Below, piece after piece: positions 1 through 8,743 of a stretch of 31,550 bases of DNA. The stretch's first letter is position 1; each line of letters opens with the position of its first letter. The translations under genes were made by a program, and so were the position numbers. The stretch comes from Pseudomonadota bacterium (GTDB lineage Bacteria > Pseudomonadota > Gammaproteobacteria > Pseudomonadales > Pseudohongiellaceae), in the NCBI GenBank assembly GCA_038059145.1, contig JBBTKA010000106.1, positions 23,097 to 54,646 of the forward strand, given 5' to 3'. The notes beneath the pieces were generated by a model. It ran no database searches, was not told the origin of the DNA, and worked only from the letters and a program-made list of their open reading frames with translations.

Positions 1-81
1 GCCTTGGCAGGACACGCCCGTGAATACATCCCTGTAGGGCTCGGTCGCGCCATCCATGGCGCTCAACGGTCCTGCCAAGGC
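1..81 (-). ncRNA. TwoAYGGAY-like structured RNA/repeat, copy 1 (may extend beyond window start)
   Basis: Outer stem GCCTTGGCAGGAC (1-13)/GTCCTGCCAAGGC (69-81) encloses two hairpins TACATCCCTGTA (25-36) and GCGCCATCCATGGCGC (47-62); on the minus strand their loops read AGGGAU and AUGGAU. Confidence 0.6.
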
Positions 82-256
82 CTGCCCCACCCCCCGATCT
101 GGCTGCAGTGGTTCGCGGAAACCAGGAGTGCGGGCGGAGATGTACATACTTGCTGGGCAATGGCGCATGCTGGTGTGTTCACTGCATGAACAGTAGGCAC
201 ATCCCACTCGTATCAATGGATTTTGACCTTCGACGTCCCACAGAAGTCAGAGCGAT

Positions 257-363
257 GGCGGGTGGGGAGAGGCAGGCAGGACCGTGTGCCGCCAGGGATG
301 GCGGCACCCGAGCCCCCCATGGATGGGTTCACGGGCGTGTCCTACCCGCTGCCCCCTCGCCCC
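257..363 (+). ncRNA. TwoAYGGAY-like structured RNA/repeat, copy 2 (inverted relative to copy 1)
   Basis: GGCAGGAC (275-282)/GTCCTACC (339-346) stem encloses TGCCGCCAGGGATGGCGGCA (287-306) and CCCATGGATGGG (316-327); its reverse complement shares AGGACACGCCCGTGAA, GGGCTCGG and ACGGTCCTGCC with copy 1. Confidence 0.6.
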
Positions 364-394
364 AACGCTCGACCTACGGAGCACAATCAAAAAA

Positions 395-2749
395 TCAAAT
401 TAGGCTAGGCTGAGAATTCTGGCCAAGGCGCCGGACTGCGTCTTCCATGTCGGCCAGTGAGATGGGGCGGCCCAGGAAGTAGCCCTGGATGTAATCACAA
501 TCGAAACTTCTCAGCAGATCGATATCTTCCTGCGACTCCGCCCCCTCCATCGTCACCAGCATCCCATTGGTGTGACACAACTCCACCAACGGCTTCAAGA
601 TCTGCCGGTTACCCCGCTTCAGGGTCTGCTGAATGAAATTCTTGTCGAACTTCACCATCGAGATCGGATACTCCACGATGCGCAGCAACGACGTGAAACC
701 CGCTCCGAAGTCATCCAGCGCCAGCAGATAGCCGGCATTGTGCAGCCGGTTGAGGAAGGTGCTTGCGTAGGATGTGTACTCGATATTGATCGTCTCGGTG
801 ATCTCGAGCTGAATAAACTGCGGTTCGATACCGAAGCGCTGCGCATAACGATCCAGCACCTCCTGCAGATTGCTGAGCTGCAGCTGCGCGGACGAGATGT
901 TCAAGGAAATCTTGAAATCGCGCGCCAGCATGTTGCGAATGGTGGGGTAGCTCGACAGGCCTGTGCGGATCACCCATTCATCGATCATGGCAAAGACACC
1001 GCAGGACTCGGCGATGGGCACGAACTCATCCGGCTCCACATTGCCGAACCGGGGCGAATCCCAGCGCAGTAGCACCTCGAATCCATCCAGTTCCCCGCTG
1101 CGGACATTGAGCAGCGGCATGTACACGAGCTTGAATTCCTGGTCGGGGTTGACGATTTTCAGCTCCGTTTCGAGCTCCTGGCGTCGTCGCAGCTTGCCTG
1201 CCAACTCGGGGGAGTAGTAGGCAATCTGATTCTTGCCCTGCAGCTTGGCCTGATGCATGGCGGTATCGGCATTCGACATGAGCGCGCTGACGGAGTCGGC
1301 GTCCTGCGGATATACCGCGATGCCGATGCTGACAGTAATGGGGAAGTGCGCCTGTGCGAAGCTCAGTCCGCTCGACAGCAGGTTCAACACCCGCTCCGCA
1401 ATCTCGCGAATGATGATGAAGGCCTGCGGGTGGCGCACCAGCAGGCTGAACTGGTCTCCGGCTACCCTGCCGGCGAGAATCTGCGGAGTCTGCTCGAGAG
1501 TGGCTTTGCGGCTGGCGACATCCGCCACTTCGGCGAGGTGGGAAGCAAAGGCCACCAGCAGTTCGTCGCCAAATTTGTGGCCATACTTGTCGTTGACGAA
1601 CTTGAAGTTGTCGAGATCAAGGTAGAGCAGGGCAACCTGATCACCTGACACTTTCGCTTCCTGCAGCGCTGCTTTGGCCATCTCATTGATATGACCGAGG
1701 TTGTAAAGGTTGGTGAGGTTGTCGCGCTGAATCAGGCGGCGGGTGGCCTCGTACGCACTGGCGAGGTCGCCATAGAGGGTACGGAAGGTGTTCGCGAGAC
1801 GACTGATCTCGTCGTCCCCGCCCTGTCGGACGGGAATGGTGGCGCTGCGTCCGGCGATGACATCCGCGAGGTCCCTCTCCAGCACCGATACCGGGCGCGT
1901 GACGTAACGGCGCACCAAGCCATGCAGGCAAATGGACGCCGTCGCGGCAAACAGCAGTGAGATCAGGATCAGCCATCCCGTGACTGGGCGTAATTGCTGC
2001 TGAAGGTGGTCCTCTGGCAATCCGGCGAACAGGAAGCGGTTATCGCTCAGCAGAGCAGACGCCTGCAACCCTGCAAAGGTCGGTGGTTGTTCGGCGATGA
2101 CGAATTCCGCCAGCAGCTCCGCTTCCAGTTGCGTGCGCAATTGATTGAACTCGGTGGGCTCGATGGCCAGTTGCACGACGAAACTGTCAGACATCTGTCC
2201 GGGAAAGGGCGTGGAGAGTGTGAAACGATCGACCAGCACGGCCTTGACGATTGTATTGCGCTCGCCAGGCGGCTGCAGGTAGTCCCAGCGCTCTGTCTTG
2301 CCACTCCGGAGGACGTCAAAGGCGAAGTCGGAGAGTCCGGAGGAGATGGTGCTAAACGGGTTGTCGCTGAGTTCGAAGTAATACGTGATGGTTGGATCGG
2401 GCGAGCGATTGGCGATTGCCAGACTCAGGTAGTCGGAGTGATGCTGCCGGAAGGTCCGCAGGCTGTCTTCCACGCTGCGCACCAGCGCCAGCTCGTTATA
2501 GGTTTCGTCACTGGTCTGCAGATATTCGTGAAACGCATGGCTCTCGGTAATGGCGTGCAGATAGCTTTCAGTGAATGTCGTGTACTGGTTGAAGACAGCG
2601 GCCAGCTGACTGACTGCGTAATTAAGCCGGTTCTGCTCCTGGCGCTGCACGAACAACTGCGCCTGCTCGTAAATAATCAATGACGCCACGAGGAAGCTTA
2701 GAAGCACCACGGGTGTTATGACGAGTAACGAGCGTTTACTGAGATTCAT
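395..2749 (-). CDS. mbaA: Membrane HAMP-GGDEF-EAL c-di-GMP phosphodiesterase, MbaA-like
   Basis: 784 aa; two TM segments around a periplasmic domain, HAMP (RPVSVLE..DDEISRLANTF), DNLTNLYN/DLDNFKFVND GGDEF domain with degenerate AGDQF, EAL domain with EVLLRW, IETE, DDFGAGF, KFD, EGAE motifs; overlaps upstream PotD-like gene by 14 bp. Symbol by resemblance to Vibrio MbaA. Confidence 0.85.
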   Translation of the reverse strand: MNLSKRSLLVITPVVLLSFLVASLIIYEQAQLFVQRQEQNRLNYAVSQLAAVFNQYTTFTESYLHAITESHAFHEYLQTSDETYNELALVRSVEDSLRTFRQHHSDYLSLAIANRSPDPTITYYFELSDNPFSTISSGLSDFAFDVLRSGKTERWDYLQPPGERNTIVKAVLVDRFTLSTPFPGQMSDSFVVQLAIEPTEFNQLRTQLEAELLAEFVIAEQPPTFAGLQASALLSDNRFLFAGLPEDHLQQQLRPVTGWLILISLLFAATASICLHGLVRRYVTRPVSVLERDLADVIAGRSATIPVRQGGDDEISRLANTFRTLYGDLASAYEATRRLIQRDNLTNLYNLGHINEMAKAALQEAKVSGDQVALLYLDLDNFKFVNDKYGHKFGDELLVAFASHLAEVADVASRKATLEQTPQILAGRVAGDQFSLLVRHPQAFIIIREIAERVLNLLSSGLSFAQAHFPITVSIGIAVYPQDADSVSALMSNADTAMHQAKLQGKNQIAYYSPELAGKLRRRQELETELKIVNPDQEFKLVYMPLLNVRSGELDGFEVLLRWDSPRFGNVEPDEFVPIAESCGVFAMIDEWVIRTGLSSYPTIRNMLARDFKISLNISSAQLQLSNLQEVLDRYAQRFGIEPQFIQLEITETINIEYTSYASTFLNRLHNAGYLLALDDFGAGFTSLLRIVEYPISMVKFDKNFIQQTLKRGNRQILKPLVELCHTNGMLVTMEGAESQEDIDLLRSFDCDYIQGYFLGRPISLADMEDAVRRLGQNSQPSLI

Positions 2750-3788
2750 GAAGGTTTACCAGCGAACTGGTGATACGGTTGCGCAGACGCACATTGGCAT
2801 TATCCATGTCGTAGTTGTAATTCTGACTGTTGGAGAGCGTCTCCTGATCAGGATATATCAGTGTATTGCTGCGGAAATGCTTCGATTGTAATGGCAAAGC
2901 GGCTGCATTGGTTGTGCCAACGGACAGTGCCTCCGAGTTGGCGGCGGCGATCTCAGGACTGTTCATGAAATTCAGAAAATTGAATGCCAGCGCCTGATTC
3001 TGCGATGTCGACAATACTGCCAGACAGTCGACCCATAAGACAGTGCCTTCGTCGGGAATGACGTAATGCCAGTAATCCCCTCCGCTCAATTCGTTCAGCT
3101 CCAGTTGGTCGCCGCTGTAGGCCAGCGCAAGATGCAGTTCGTCGGCCTCTGCGCTTTCGCCAACGAAGGTGATCGGGTAGTCAAAGGTCAGAACGGAGGG
3201 CAGGAGGCCGCGCATCTCGGCGAAGACTTCTGCCAGTACCGCTCCGTCAGGCGTGTTGATGTCTGCGCCGCGCACCAGCAGAGAAGGAGCCAGTGTGTCG
3301 ATGTAGTCTTCCAGTAGTCCGATGTGACCGCTGAGCGTGGCGGACGGGGTCAGCAGGTCTCGCCAGGATGAAGGGGCTTTCGCAAGTTTGTCCTTGCGGT
3401 ATACCAGACCCATGGTGCCCCAAAGGTAGGGCGTGCTGAACTCGCCACATTGCGCCTGCCACATGGGGTCGATATGACGCAGATTCGGAGCGTCGGTATA
3501 TTCCGAGAGCGGCAGCAGGATGCCCCTGCGGCCGAAGACTGGTGCGGTGACCTGATCAATGATCACCAGATCGATAGCGCTTTGTTCGTAGGAGGTCAGC
3601 AGTGAATTGCGGGTCTCGTCGTTGTCGAAGTAAATCTGGCTGATGGAGGCGCCGGTGCTGGCCTCCCACTGCTCAATGGCTGCCTCCGAGAGATAGGCCT
3701 CCCAGTTGAGGATTGTAAGTGTTTGACCGTACCCGATAGAGCACATCATCAAGCTGGTCAACAAGAGTGTCAGTCGTCGCAATGCCAT
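2736..3788 (-). CDS. nspS: Periplasmic polyamine-binding protein (PotD/PotF family), NspS-like sensor
   Basis: LTILNWEAYL, PYLWGTMGLVYRKD, PDEGTVLWVDCLAV, FLNFMNSPEIAAAN motifs of PotD family; signal peptide from ATG at 3788 (ORF track starts at TTG 3809); no potABC nearby. Confidence 0.8.
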   Translation of the reverse strand: MALRRLTLLLTSLMMCSIGYGQTLTILNWEAYLSEAAIEQWEASTGASISQIYFDNDETRNSLLTSYEQSAIDLVIIDQVTAPVFGRRGILLPLSEYTDAPNLRHIDPMWQAQCGEFSTPYLWGTMGLVYRKDKLAKAPSSWRDLLTPSATLSGHIGLLEDYIDTLAPSLLVRGADINTPDGAVLAEVFAEMRGLLPSVLTFDYPITFVGESAEADELHLALAYSGDQLELNELSGGDYWHYVIPDEGTVLWVDCLAVLSTSQNQALAFNFLNFMNSPEIAAANSEALSVGTTNAAALPLQSKHFRSNTLIYPDQETLSNSQNYNYDMDNANVRLRNRITSSLVNLHESQ

Positions 3789-3955
3789 GGAAAAATCGCT
3801 TCGCCGCAAGGTGCGAAATTATAATCCGCCAGCGCGGGAAATATCGGAGGCACGGCACAATATCGCCAAAGATGTCCCACTTTCTTCCAGTAAATCACCG
3901 GCTCATGGTGGTAAAAATTTGGCTTTTTCCCGGAAGTGGATGATGGCAGTGGGCG

Positions 3956-4891
3956 TTAGCGAGTATTGTCAGGGTGGCGGCGCGCGGCCTCGATGTGCTG
4001 ACAAGTCTGCTCGGTGCCACTGAGAACACGCAGGCTGTGGCGTTGTACCAGATCCGGGGGAACGAAGTAGAGATGACCGTTGGCAACCGCCTGCAACTGC
4101 GGCCAGCGCAACCACTCATCCAGCCAGGCGGGCCTGGAGGCATCCATGCCACTGGCGATAATGACCGCAGGATCTCGTAACAGCACCGCTTCTTCGCTGA
4201 CCTTGGGGGCCAGCCCCAGGTCGTCGAAGATATTGCTGCCGCCACACAGACGGATGATGTCGTTGATCAATTCATTGCCGCCGACGCTGATCAGCGGTTC
4301 GTTCCAGACCTGGTAGAACACGCGCACAGGTTCCCGGTGTCGATAGGTGTTGTCCAGACGAGCCAGTGCTTCGCGAAAACCTTGGGCAGCGGCGAGTCCG
4401 ACAGCTTCCGTGCCTGCCAGGGTGGCAAAGCGTGCGATGTGGTCGGCAATGCTGGCAATGGTGGTGGGCTCGGCTACGTAAACATTGAAACCGAGATCGA
4501 TGAGGCTTTGCACGGCGGAGCGGGGGTTACCGCTGCGCCAGGCAACAATGAGATCTGGCGCCAGGGCGACGATAGTCTCCATGTCCAGAAGGTCATAACG
4601 CCCCACCACAGGGAGGGCCTTGGCTTCAGGAGGGAAGTCGCTGTATTCGCTGACGCCGACGACTCGAGTGCCCGCGCCCGCCGCGTACAGCAACTCCGTC
4701 AGCGAAGGGGCCAGACTGACAATGCGCTGCGCGGGCTGCGTCAGGCTGACGCTACGCTGGGCGTCATCCGTCACGCTGATAACCCGCTGGTTGACTAAGG
4801 GCTGGTCGGATTGCGCGAGTGCAACGCTGGCGAGCAGAGATATCACTCCCGTGAAAGCCATCATAAGATGAGTGAATATGATGTGGCGCAT
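3956..4891 (-). CDS. btuF: Cobalamin-binding periplasmic protein
   Basis: QRIVSLAPSLTELLYAAGAG, VGVSEYSDFP, PDLIVAW, VFYQVWNEPL motifs; in riboswitch-led operon with btuB; start overlaps cobO stop (TGATG). Confidence 0.88.
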   Translation of the reverse strand: MRHIIFTHLMMAFTGVISLLASVALAQSDQPLVNQRVISVTDDAQRSVSLTQPAQRIVSLAPSLTELLYAAGAGTRVVGVSEYSDFPPEAKALPVVGRYDLLDMETIVALAPDLIVAWRSGNPRSAVQSLIDLGFNVYVAEPTTIASIADHIARFATLAGTEAVGLAAAQGFREALARLDNTYRHREPVRVFYQVWNEPLISVGGNELINDIIRLCGGSNIFDDLGLAPKVSEEAVLLRDPAVIIASGMDASRPAWLDEWLRWPQLQAVANGHLYFVPPDLVQRHSLRVLSGTEQTCQHIEAARRHPDNTR

Positions 4892-5499
4892 CAGTAGTCG
4901 ATTCCTTTCTGTACTCTGATGCCGTTATTGAATGCGTGTTTGACATCGCGAACCTCGCTGACAGTATCCGCCATGTCCATCAGGGCATCACTGGCATTGC
5001 GTCCGGTGACGATCACATGCTGATTGGCCGGTCGTTCTGCCAGACTCCGCAGCACTTCGGCGGCGTCCAGATACCCATAGGTCAGCATGTAGGTCAGTTC
5101 GTCGAGAAGGACAACCTGAATCTGCGGGTTCCGCAGCAGCTCTACCGCATGGTGCCATGTGGCACGGGCAGCTGCGATGTCCTTTTCGCGGTCCTGCGTC
5201 TCCCATGTGAAGCCCGTGTTCATGACGTAGAATTCCACCAAGGGGTGGTCCTTGAACAAGAGGTGCTCGCCGCACTCCCATTGCCCTTTGATGAATTGCA
5301 CGACACCGCAGCGCAGGCCGTGACCTACACTGCGTGCGAGCATTCCGAAAGCCGACGAGCTCTTGCCTTTGCCATTGCCGGTGAGCACCACCATGAGCCC
5401 CTTGTCGATGATCGCGGCGGCAATGCGCTCGTCGACAAGCGCTTTCTTGCGCTGCATAGCCTTCTTGTGGCGGGCGTTTCTGTCGTCCTGTGTGCTCAT
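4891..5499 (-). CDS. cobO: Cob(I)yrinic acid a,c-diamide adenosyltransferase
   Basis: GNGKGKSSSAFG P-loop, VVQFIKG, LDELTY, VIVTGR, KHAFNNGIRVQKGIDY; start chosen at ATG 5499 with GGAG upstream (ORF track start 5541). Confidence 0.95.
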   Translation of the reverse strand: MSTQDDRNARHKKAMQRKKALVDERIAAAIIDKGLMVVLTGNGKGKSSSAFGMLARSVGHGLRCGVVQFIKGQWECGEHLLFKDHPLVEFYVMNTGFTWETQDREKDIAAARATWHHAVELLRNPQIQVVLLDELTYMLTYGYLDAAEVLRSLAERPANQHVIVTGRNASDALMDMADTVSEVRDVKHAFNNGIRVQKGIDY

Positions 5500-5572
5500 G
5501 GGTTGCTCCCGGCGGTCCTCGTGTGCTGTCGTGTGCTGCATTGTGCTGGTGAGATCAGTAGCGTAGGGCTAA

Positions 5573-7459
5573 TCAAAAATTGGCGCGAATGCCAACGTAG
5601 ATTGATCTGCCTGCCGTGTTATACCCCAACACTTCCTCATAGTCTGTGTCAGTCGCGTTATCGATTCTGACATAGGCGTTGAAAATGCGATTGAGGTCAA
5701 AGCTCGCGCTCAGATCGACAACGTCGTAGTTATCCAGCGCCACAGGAGCGCCGAAGAGCGAATCGACAGAGTCTTCCGAGCGACGATAGAAACCACTCAG
5801 TTGCAGACGTTCATCAGCACTTTGCCAGGACAGCCCCAGGTTGGCGAGATGCCTGGGGCGCAGGATCCGCTGACTGCCATCGGGGCGCAGGGCCTTGTTG
5901 TACGTGTAGTTGCTGTTCAGCGTCAGTTGCGCAGTCAGCGGCAGCTTGGCTGAGAGCTCTACCCCTTCCGAAGTACTCTTGCCGACATCCTGCAGATAGC
6001 CGGAGTAAGCGTTCAGGTCGAATTGAATTGCATCCTCGATTTTCTGATCGAAGTACACGGCTTCCAGATGCAATCCGGCAGGCGTGTAGTACTCCATCCC
6101 CAGCTCATAGCCAGCGCTGGTTTCCTCGGTCAGGCTGGCAAGCGAGGCCGGCGGTCGTGCAGAAGCGCTGCGGTTATAGGCGGCTTCGTAGGGGCTGGGA
6201 GCACGGAATCCTGTGCCGAGGCTGGCTCGCAGTTTCAGCTCCGAGTTGTTGTTCATCCCGATCAGGTAAGCGCCGCTGACGCGGTAGCTGTTGTGATTGC
6301 CGAAATCATCGCTCTCGTCGCGGCGGACACCGGCGGTGAAGAAAATTGCATCCGAGAAGTCACTGAGATACTCGACGTAGTAACCAAGCTGGTCGCGGGT
6401 GTCACCTTGATTGTCCTCCTCTTCCAGATCGGCGCCGTAGACGAGCTTGAAAGAGTCGAATCCGGTGGCGGCCCCCAGATATTCCCAGCGCTGAGTCTTG
6501 CCAGTGAAATCGTAGGTCGCGGCGCCCAGGGTGAAGTAGTCGCGTTCGGTGGCAGTTCTGGCATAGGCCAGTGAGTGGGTGCCGGACGCCCCTTCATAGG
6601 TGGCGGAAGCGCGGGATGCTTGTTGCTCGAAGTCCGCGTCGCAGTCGTGTACCTGACTGAAGTTGGTGGGATGGAAGCAACCGTCGTAGGCTGATTCGCC
6701 GGCGACATCGCGATGCACCAGTTCCAGGCGCAGACTTTCGCTGGCGTTGACGCCGATGCGGGCGTGCAGCGAGGAGTTGTCGTAGCCGTCATCATCGGCA
6801 GTCGCGGTGTCGGCTTTGCGGGCATTGAAACCATCGGTTTCCAGCTGGCTCGCGGAGACGAAGAAATCGCCACGATCATTGCCGGCGCTGACGTTGCCGT
6901 TCACCTGTCGTGTTCCAAAGGCGCCTGACAGCACATCCACGGTGGTGCGTAATTCATTGCTGTCGCGGCGTGTGCTGATGTTCACCACCCCGCCGGCGTC
7001 GGCGCCATAACTCAAGCCTTGAGGGCCGCGCAAGATTTCCACGCGTTCGATGCCGCTGCTGAGCAGGTGCTCCAGTTGGGGCTGCACTTGTGTCACGCTG
7101 GGGTCTGACAATTTCATACCGTCGAGCAATGTGAGTGTGCGATATCCTTCCTCGCCACGGATGCGCATTGTCGATATCTGCCCCTGGCCGCCGTTGTTGC
7201 TGACGGCGACGGCGGGCAAGGTGCGCAGGATGTCGAGCAGGGAGTCGTTTGACCGCGCGTTGAGGTCGTCGCTGTTCAGCACCGATACGGAGGTGCCGAT
7301 CTGCCGTAACGGAGTAGCGATGCGGTTGGACGTGACGATGACCTCGTTCAGTTCACTGGATTCTGCTGTGGTGTTCTGGGCGAGTGCGGGTTGCGAAATA
7401 AAAGGAGATAACGTGGCGCCTGTGGCACAGGCCAGCGCCAGAAGTTTACGGTAATGCAT
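5573..7459 (-). CDS. btuB: TonB-dependent cobalamin receptor
   Basis: Signal peptide, TonB box (EVIVT), plug (IRGEE, IERVEILRGPQGLSYGADAGGVVNI), C-terminal Phe; preceded by cobalamin riboswitch. Confidence 0.88.
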   Translation of the reverse strand: MHYRKLLALACATGATLSPFISQPALAQNTTAESSELNEVIVTSNRIATPLRQIGTSVSVLNSDDLNARSNDSLLDILRTLPAVAVSNNGGQGQISTMRIRGEEGYRTLTLLDGMKLSDPSVTQVQPQLEHLLSSGIERVEILRGPQGLSYGADAGGVVNISTRRDSNELRTTVDVLSGAFGTRQVNGNVSAGNDRGDFFVSASQLETDGFNARKADTATADDDGYDNSSLHARIGVNASESLRLELVHRDVAGESAYDGCFHPTNFSQVHDCDADFEQQASRASATYEGASGTHSLAYARTATERDYFTLGAATYDFTGKTQRWEYLGAATGFDSFKLVYGADLEEEDNQGDTRDQLGYYVEYLSDFSDAIFFTAGVRRDESDDFGNHNSYRVSGAYLIGMNNNSELKLRASLGTGFRAPSPYEAAYNRSASARPPASLASLTEETSAGYELGMEYYTPAGLHLEAVYFDQKIEDAIQFDLNAYSGYLQDVGKSTSEGVELSAKLPLTAQLTLNSNYTYNKALRPDGSQRILRPRHLANLGLSWQSADERLQLSGFYRRSEDSVDSLFGAPVALDNYDVVDLSASFDLNRIFNAYVRIDNATDTDYEEVLGYNTAGRSIYVGIRANF

Positions 7460-7469
7460 GGTTGGGTTT

Positions 7470-7494
7470 CCTCTATGAAAAAAATTTCATGAGG
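7470..7494 (-). promoter_or_regulatory. Shine-Dalgarno-sequestering hairpin of btuB (riboswitch expression platform)
   Basis: Minus strand CCCTCATGAAA-TTTT-TTTCATAGAGG; the 3' arm contains the AGAGGA RBS just upstream of the ATG at 7459. Confidence 0.65.
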
Positions 7495-7543
7495 GAGGGG
7501 AGCGGCAGGAAAGAATCGACAATTGACGACTGAACCGACCACC

Positions 7544-7733
7544 GATGGAGCCCTCCGCTTCATCACAGGTGTAATTCATCGTCAGGCTGGTATCGGGCTC
7601 ATGCAACACGCTCATGGAGAGCATGCTACGCATTACCGTTGCGGGGGCAGCGCTGGAATCGAACCAGCTTCCCATTTATCTCGACAGCAGCTTGTCCTTG
7701 AACAAGCAACCATCGAGCACCTGAACAACTAAT
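7544..7733 (-). promoter_or_regulatory. Cobalamin riboswitch (short, class II-like)
   Basis: Minus strand CAGGTGC...AAATGGGAAGCTGGTTCGATTCCAGCGCTGCCCCCGCAACGGTAA...GAGCCCGATACCAGCCTGAC; P1 TTGTTCAG/CTGACGAT; downstream hairpin loop GCGGAGGG complementary to L5 CCCCCGC. Confidence 0.95.
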
Positions 7734-7774
7734 CAGCATCGCGGCGCGAGCAGGCCCTCACCGCAACGCCGGGG

Positions 7775-7803
7775 AGTCTACGCACTGCTCCCCCCTGAGT
7801 CAA
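7775..7803 (-). promoter_or_regulatory. Sigma70-like promoter of the btuB operon
   Basis: Minus strand TTGACT (7803-7798), 17 bp spacer, TAGACT (7780-7775), about 40 nt upstream of the riboswitch. Confidence 0.65.
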
Positions 7804-7812
7804 TCGCTCTGC

Positions 7813-7834
7813 CGCGCGGGTCGGACCCACGTAA
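7813..7834 (+). repeat. Left terminal inverted repeat plus target duplication
   Basis: CGCGCG-GGTCGGACCCACGTAA; contains GGGTC-G-GACCC palindrome. Confidence 0.85.
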
Positions 7835-7943
7835 CTTTATGAAATTTAGGTGCTTGTTGCGGTTTTAGGGGGCTTTTGGTGGCCAGAAATGCGGTTTTGT
7901 ACTAGATTTTACGCAGGAAGACATCATTTTTGGGAGGGCAAGG

Positions 7944-8723
7944 ATGCCACGCGCGAATCGCTATTTTCGGCAAGGCCACATCTGGCACATAACTCATCGC
8001 TGTCATCAGCAGCAGTTCCTGTTCAAATTCTCCCGTGATCGTGCGCGTTGGGTTTACTGGTTGTTTCAAGCCAGAAAGCGCTATCAGTTGTGCGTCTTGA
8101 ATTACGTTGTCACGTCAAACCATATTCATCTCCTGGTGCAGGATCGCGGCAAGGGAGAGATCGCGGATGCGATGCAATTGGTTGAGGGCCGGACGGCGCA
8201 GGAGTACAACCAGCGCAAGGAGCGCCGCGGGGCGTTCTGGGAGGATCGTTATCATGCCACCGCGGTGGATAGTGAGCGCTATCTTGCGGAATGCCTGGTC
8301 TATATCGATCTGAATATGGTGCGAGCGGGTGTTGTGCGGCACCCGCAGGAATGGATGCATGGTGGATACCTCGAACTGCAGTCGCCGGTGAAGCGTTACA
8401 GCATTATTGATTCGGGGACGCTGGTGAAGTTGCTTGGATTCACGAATGCAATGGAATTGCGCGAGGCACACAGGCAGTGGGTTCATGAGGCATTACAGCG
8501 CGGGAACCTGCCGCGGGATGAACGATGGACGAAAAGCCTTGCGGTCGGAAGTCCGGAATTCGTAAGGCGATTCCAAGAGGGTCTGGGTGTCAGGGCTAGG
8601 TATCGCGAGGTTTTCGAGCAGTCTGGCTTCTGCTCGCTCAGCGAGCATCGTGGCACTTATTGCGCTGAAATGGACGCTGGAATCCTACTCCCAAGCCTCG
8701 GAGAAGCGGATAAAAATGACTAA
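7944..8723 (+). CDS. REP-associated tyrosine transposase-like (RAYT, Y1_Tnp/HUH) protein
   Basis: MPRANR..GHIWHITHRC N-terminus, HUH motif SNHIHLLV, FWEDRY, catalytic-Tyr motif YIDLNMVRAG; GGAGGG RBS upstream. Confidence 0.92.
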   Translation: MPRANRYFRQGHIWHITHRCHQQQFLFKFSRDRARWVYWLFQARKRYQLCVLNYVVTSNHIHLLVQDRGKGEIADAMQLVEGRTAQEYNQRKERRGAFWEDRYHATAVDSERYLAECLVYIDLNMVRAGVVRHPQEWMHGGYLELQSPVKRYSIIDSGTLVKLLGFTNAMELREAHRQWVHEALQRGNLPRDERWTKSLAVGSPEFVRRFQEGLGVRARYREVFEQSGFCSLSEHRGTYCAEMDAGILLPSLGEADKND

Positions 8724-8743
8724 TACTCATCATTATCAATAGA

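Noticed and set aside
4-413. ORFs 4..189, 108..413, 223..408
   Set aside because: They run through the structured repeat pair, have no recognisable motifs and conflict with each other.
2736-3809. PotD-like gene as part of a polyamine ABC importer
   Set aside because: No permease or ATPase adjacent; coupled instead to a GGDEF-EAL gene.
3818-3823. TATAAT on the minus strand upstream of the nspS-like gene
   Set aside because: No acceptable -35 or extended -10 found; too weak to list as a promoter, so co-transcription with the btu operon remains undecided.
7635-7680. tRNA-like GGTTCGATTCC arm on the minus strand
   Set aside because: It is the T-loop hairpin (P4) of the cobalamin riboswitch; no acceptor, D or anticodon arms.
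8719-8737. Fur-box-like GATAATGATGAGTATTAGT (14/19 by eye) at the transposase 3' end
   Set aside because: Lies downstream of both flanking genes in an AT-rich element end with no promoter to control; better explained as part of the IHF-site region.
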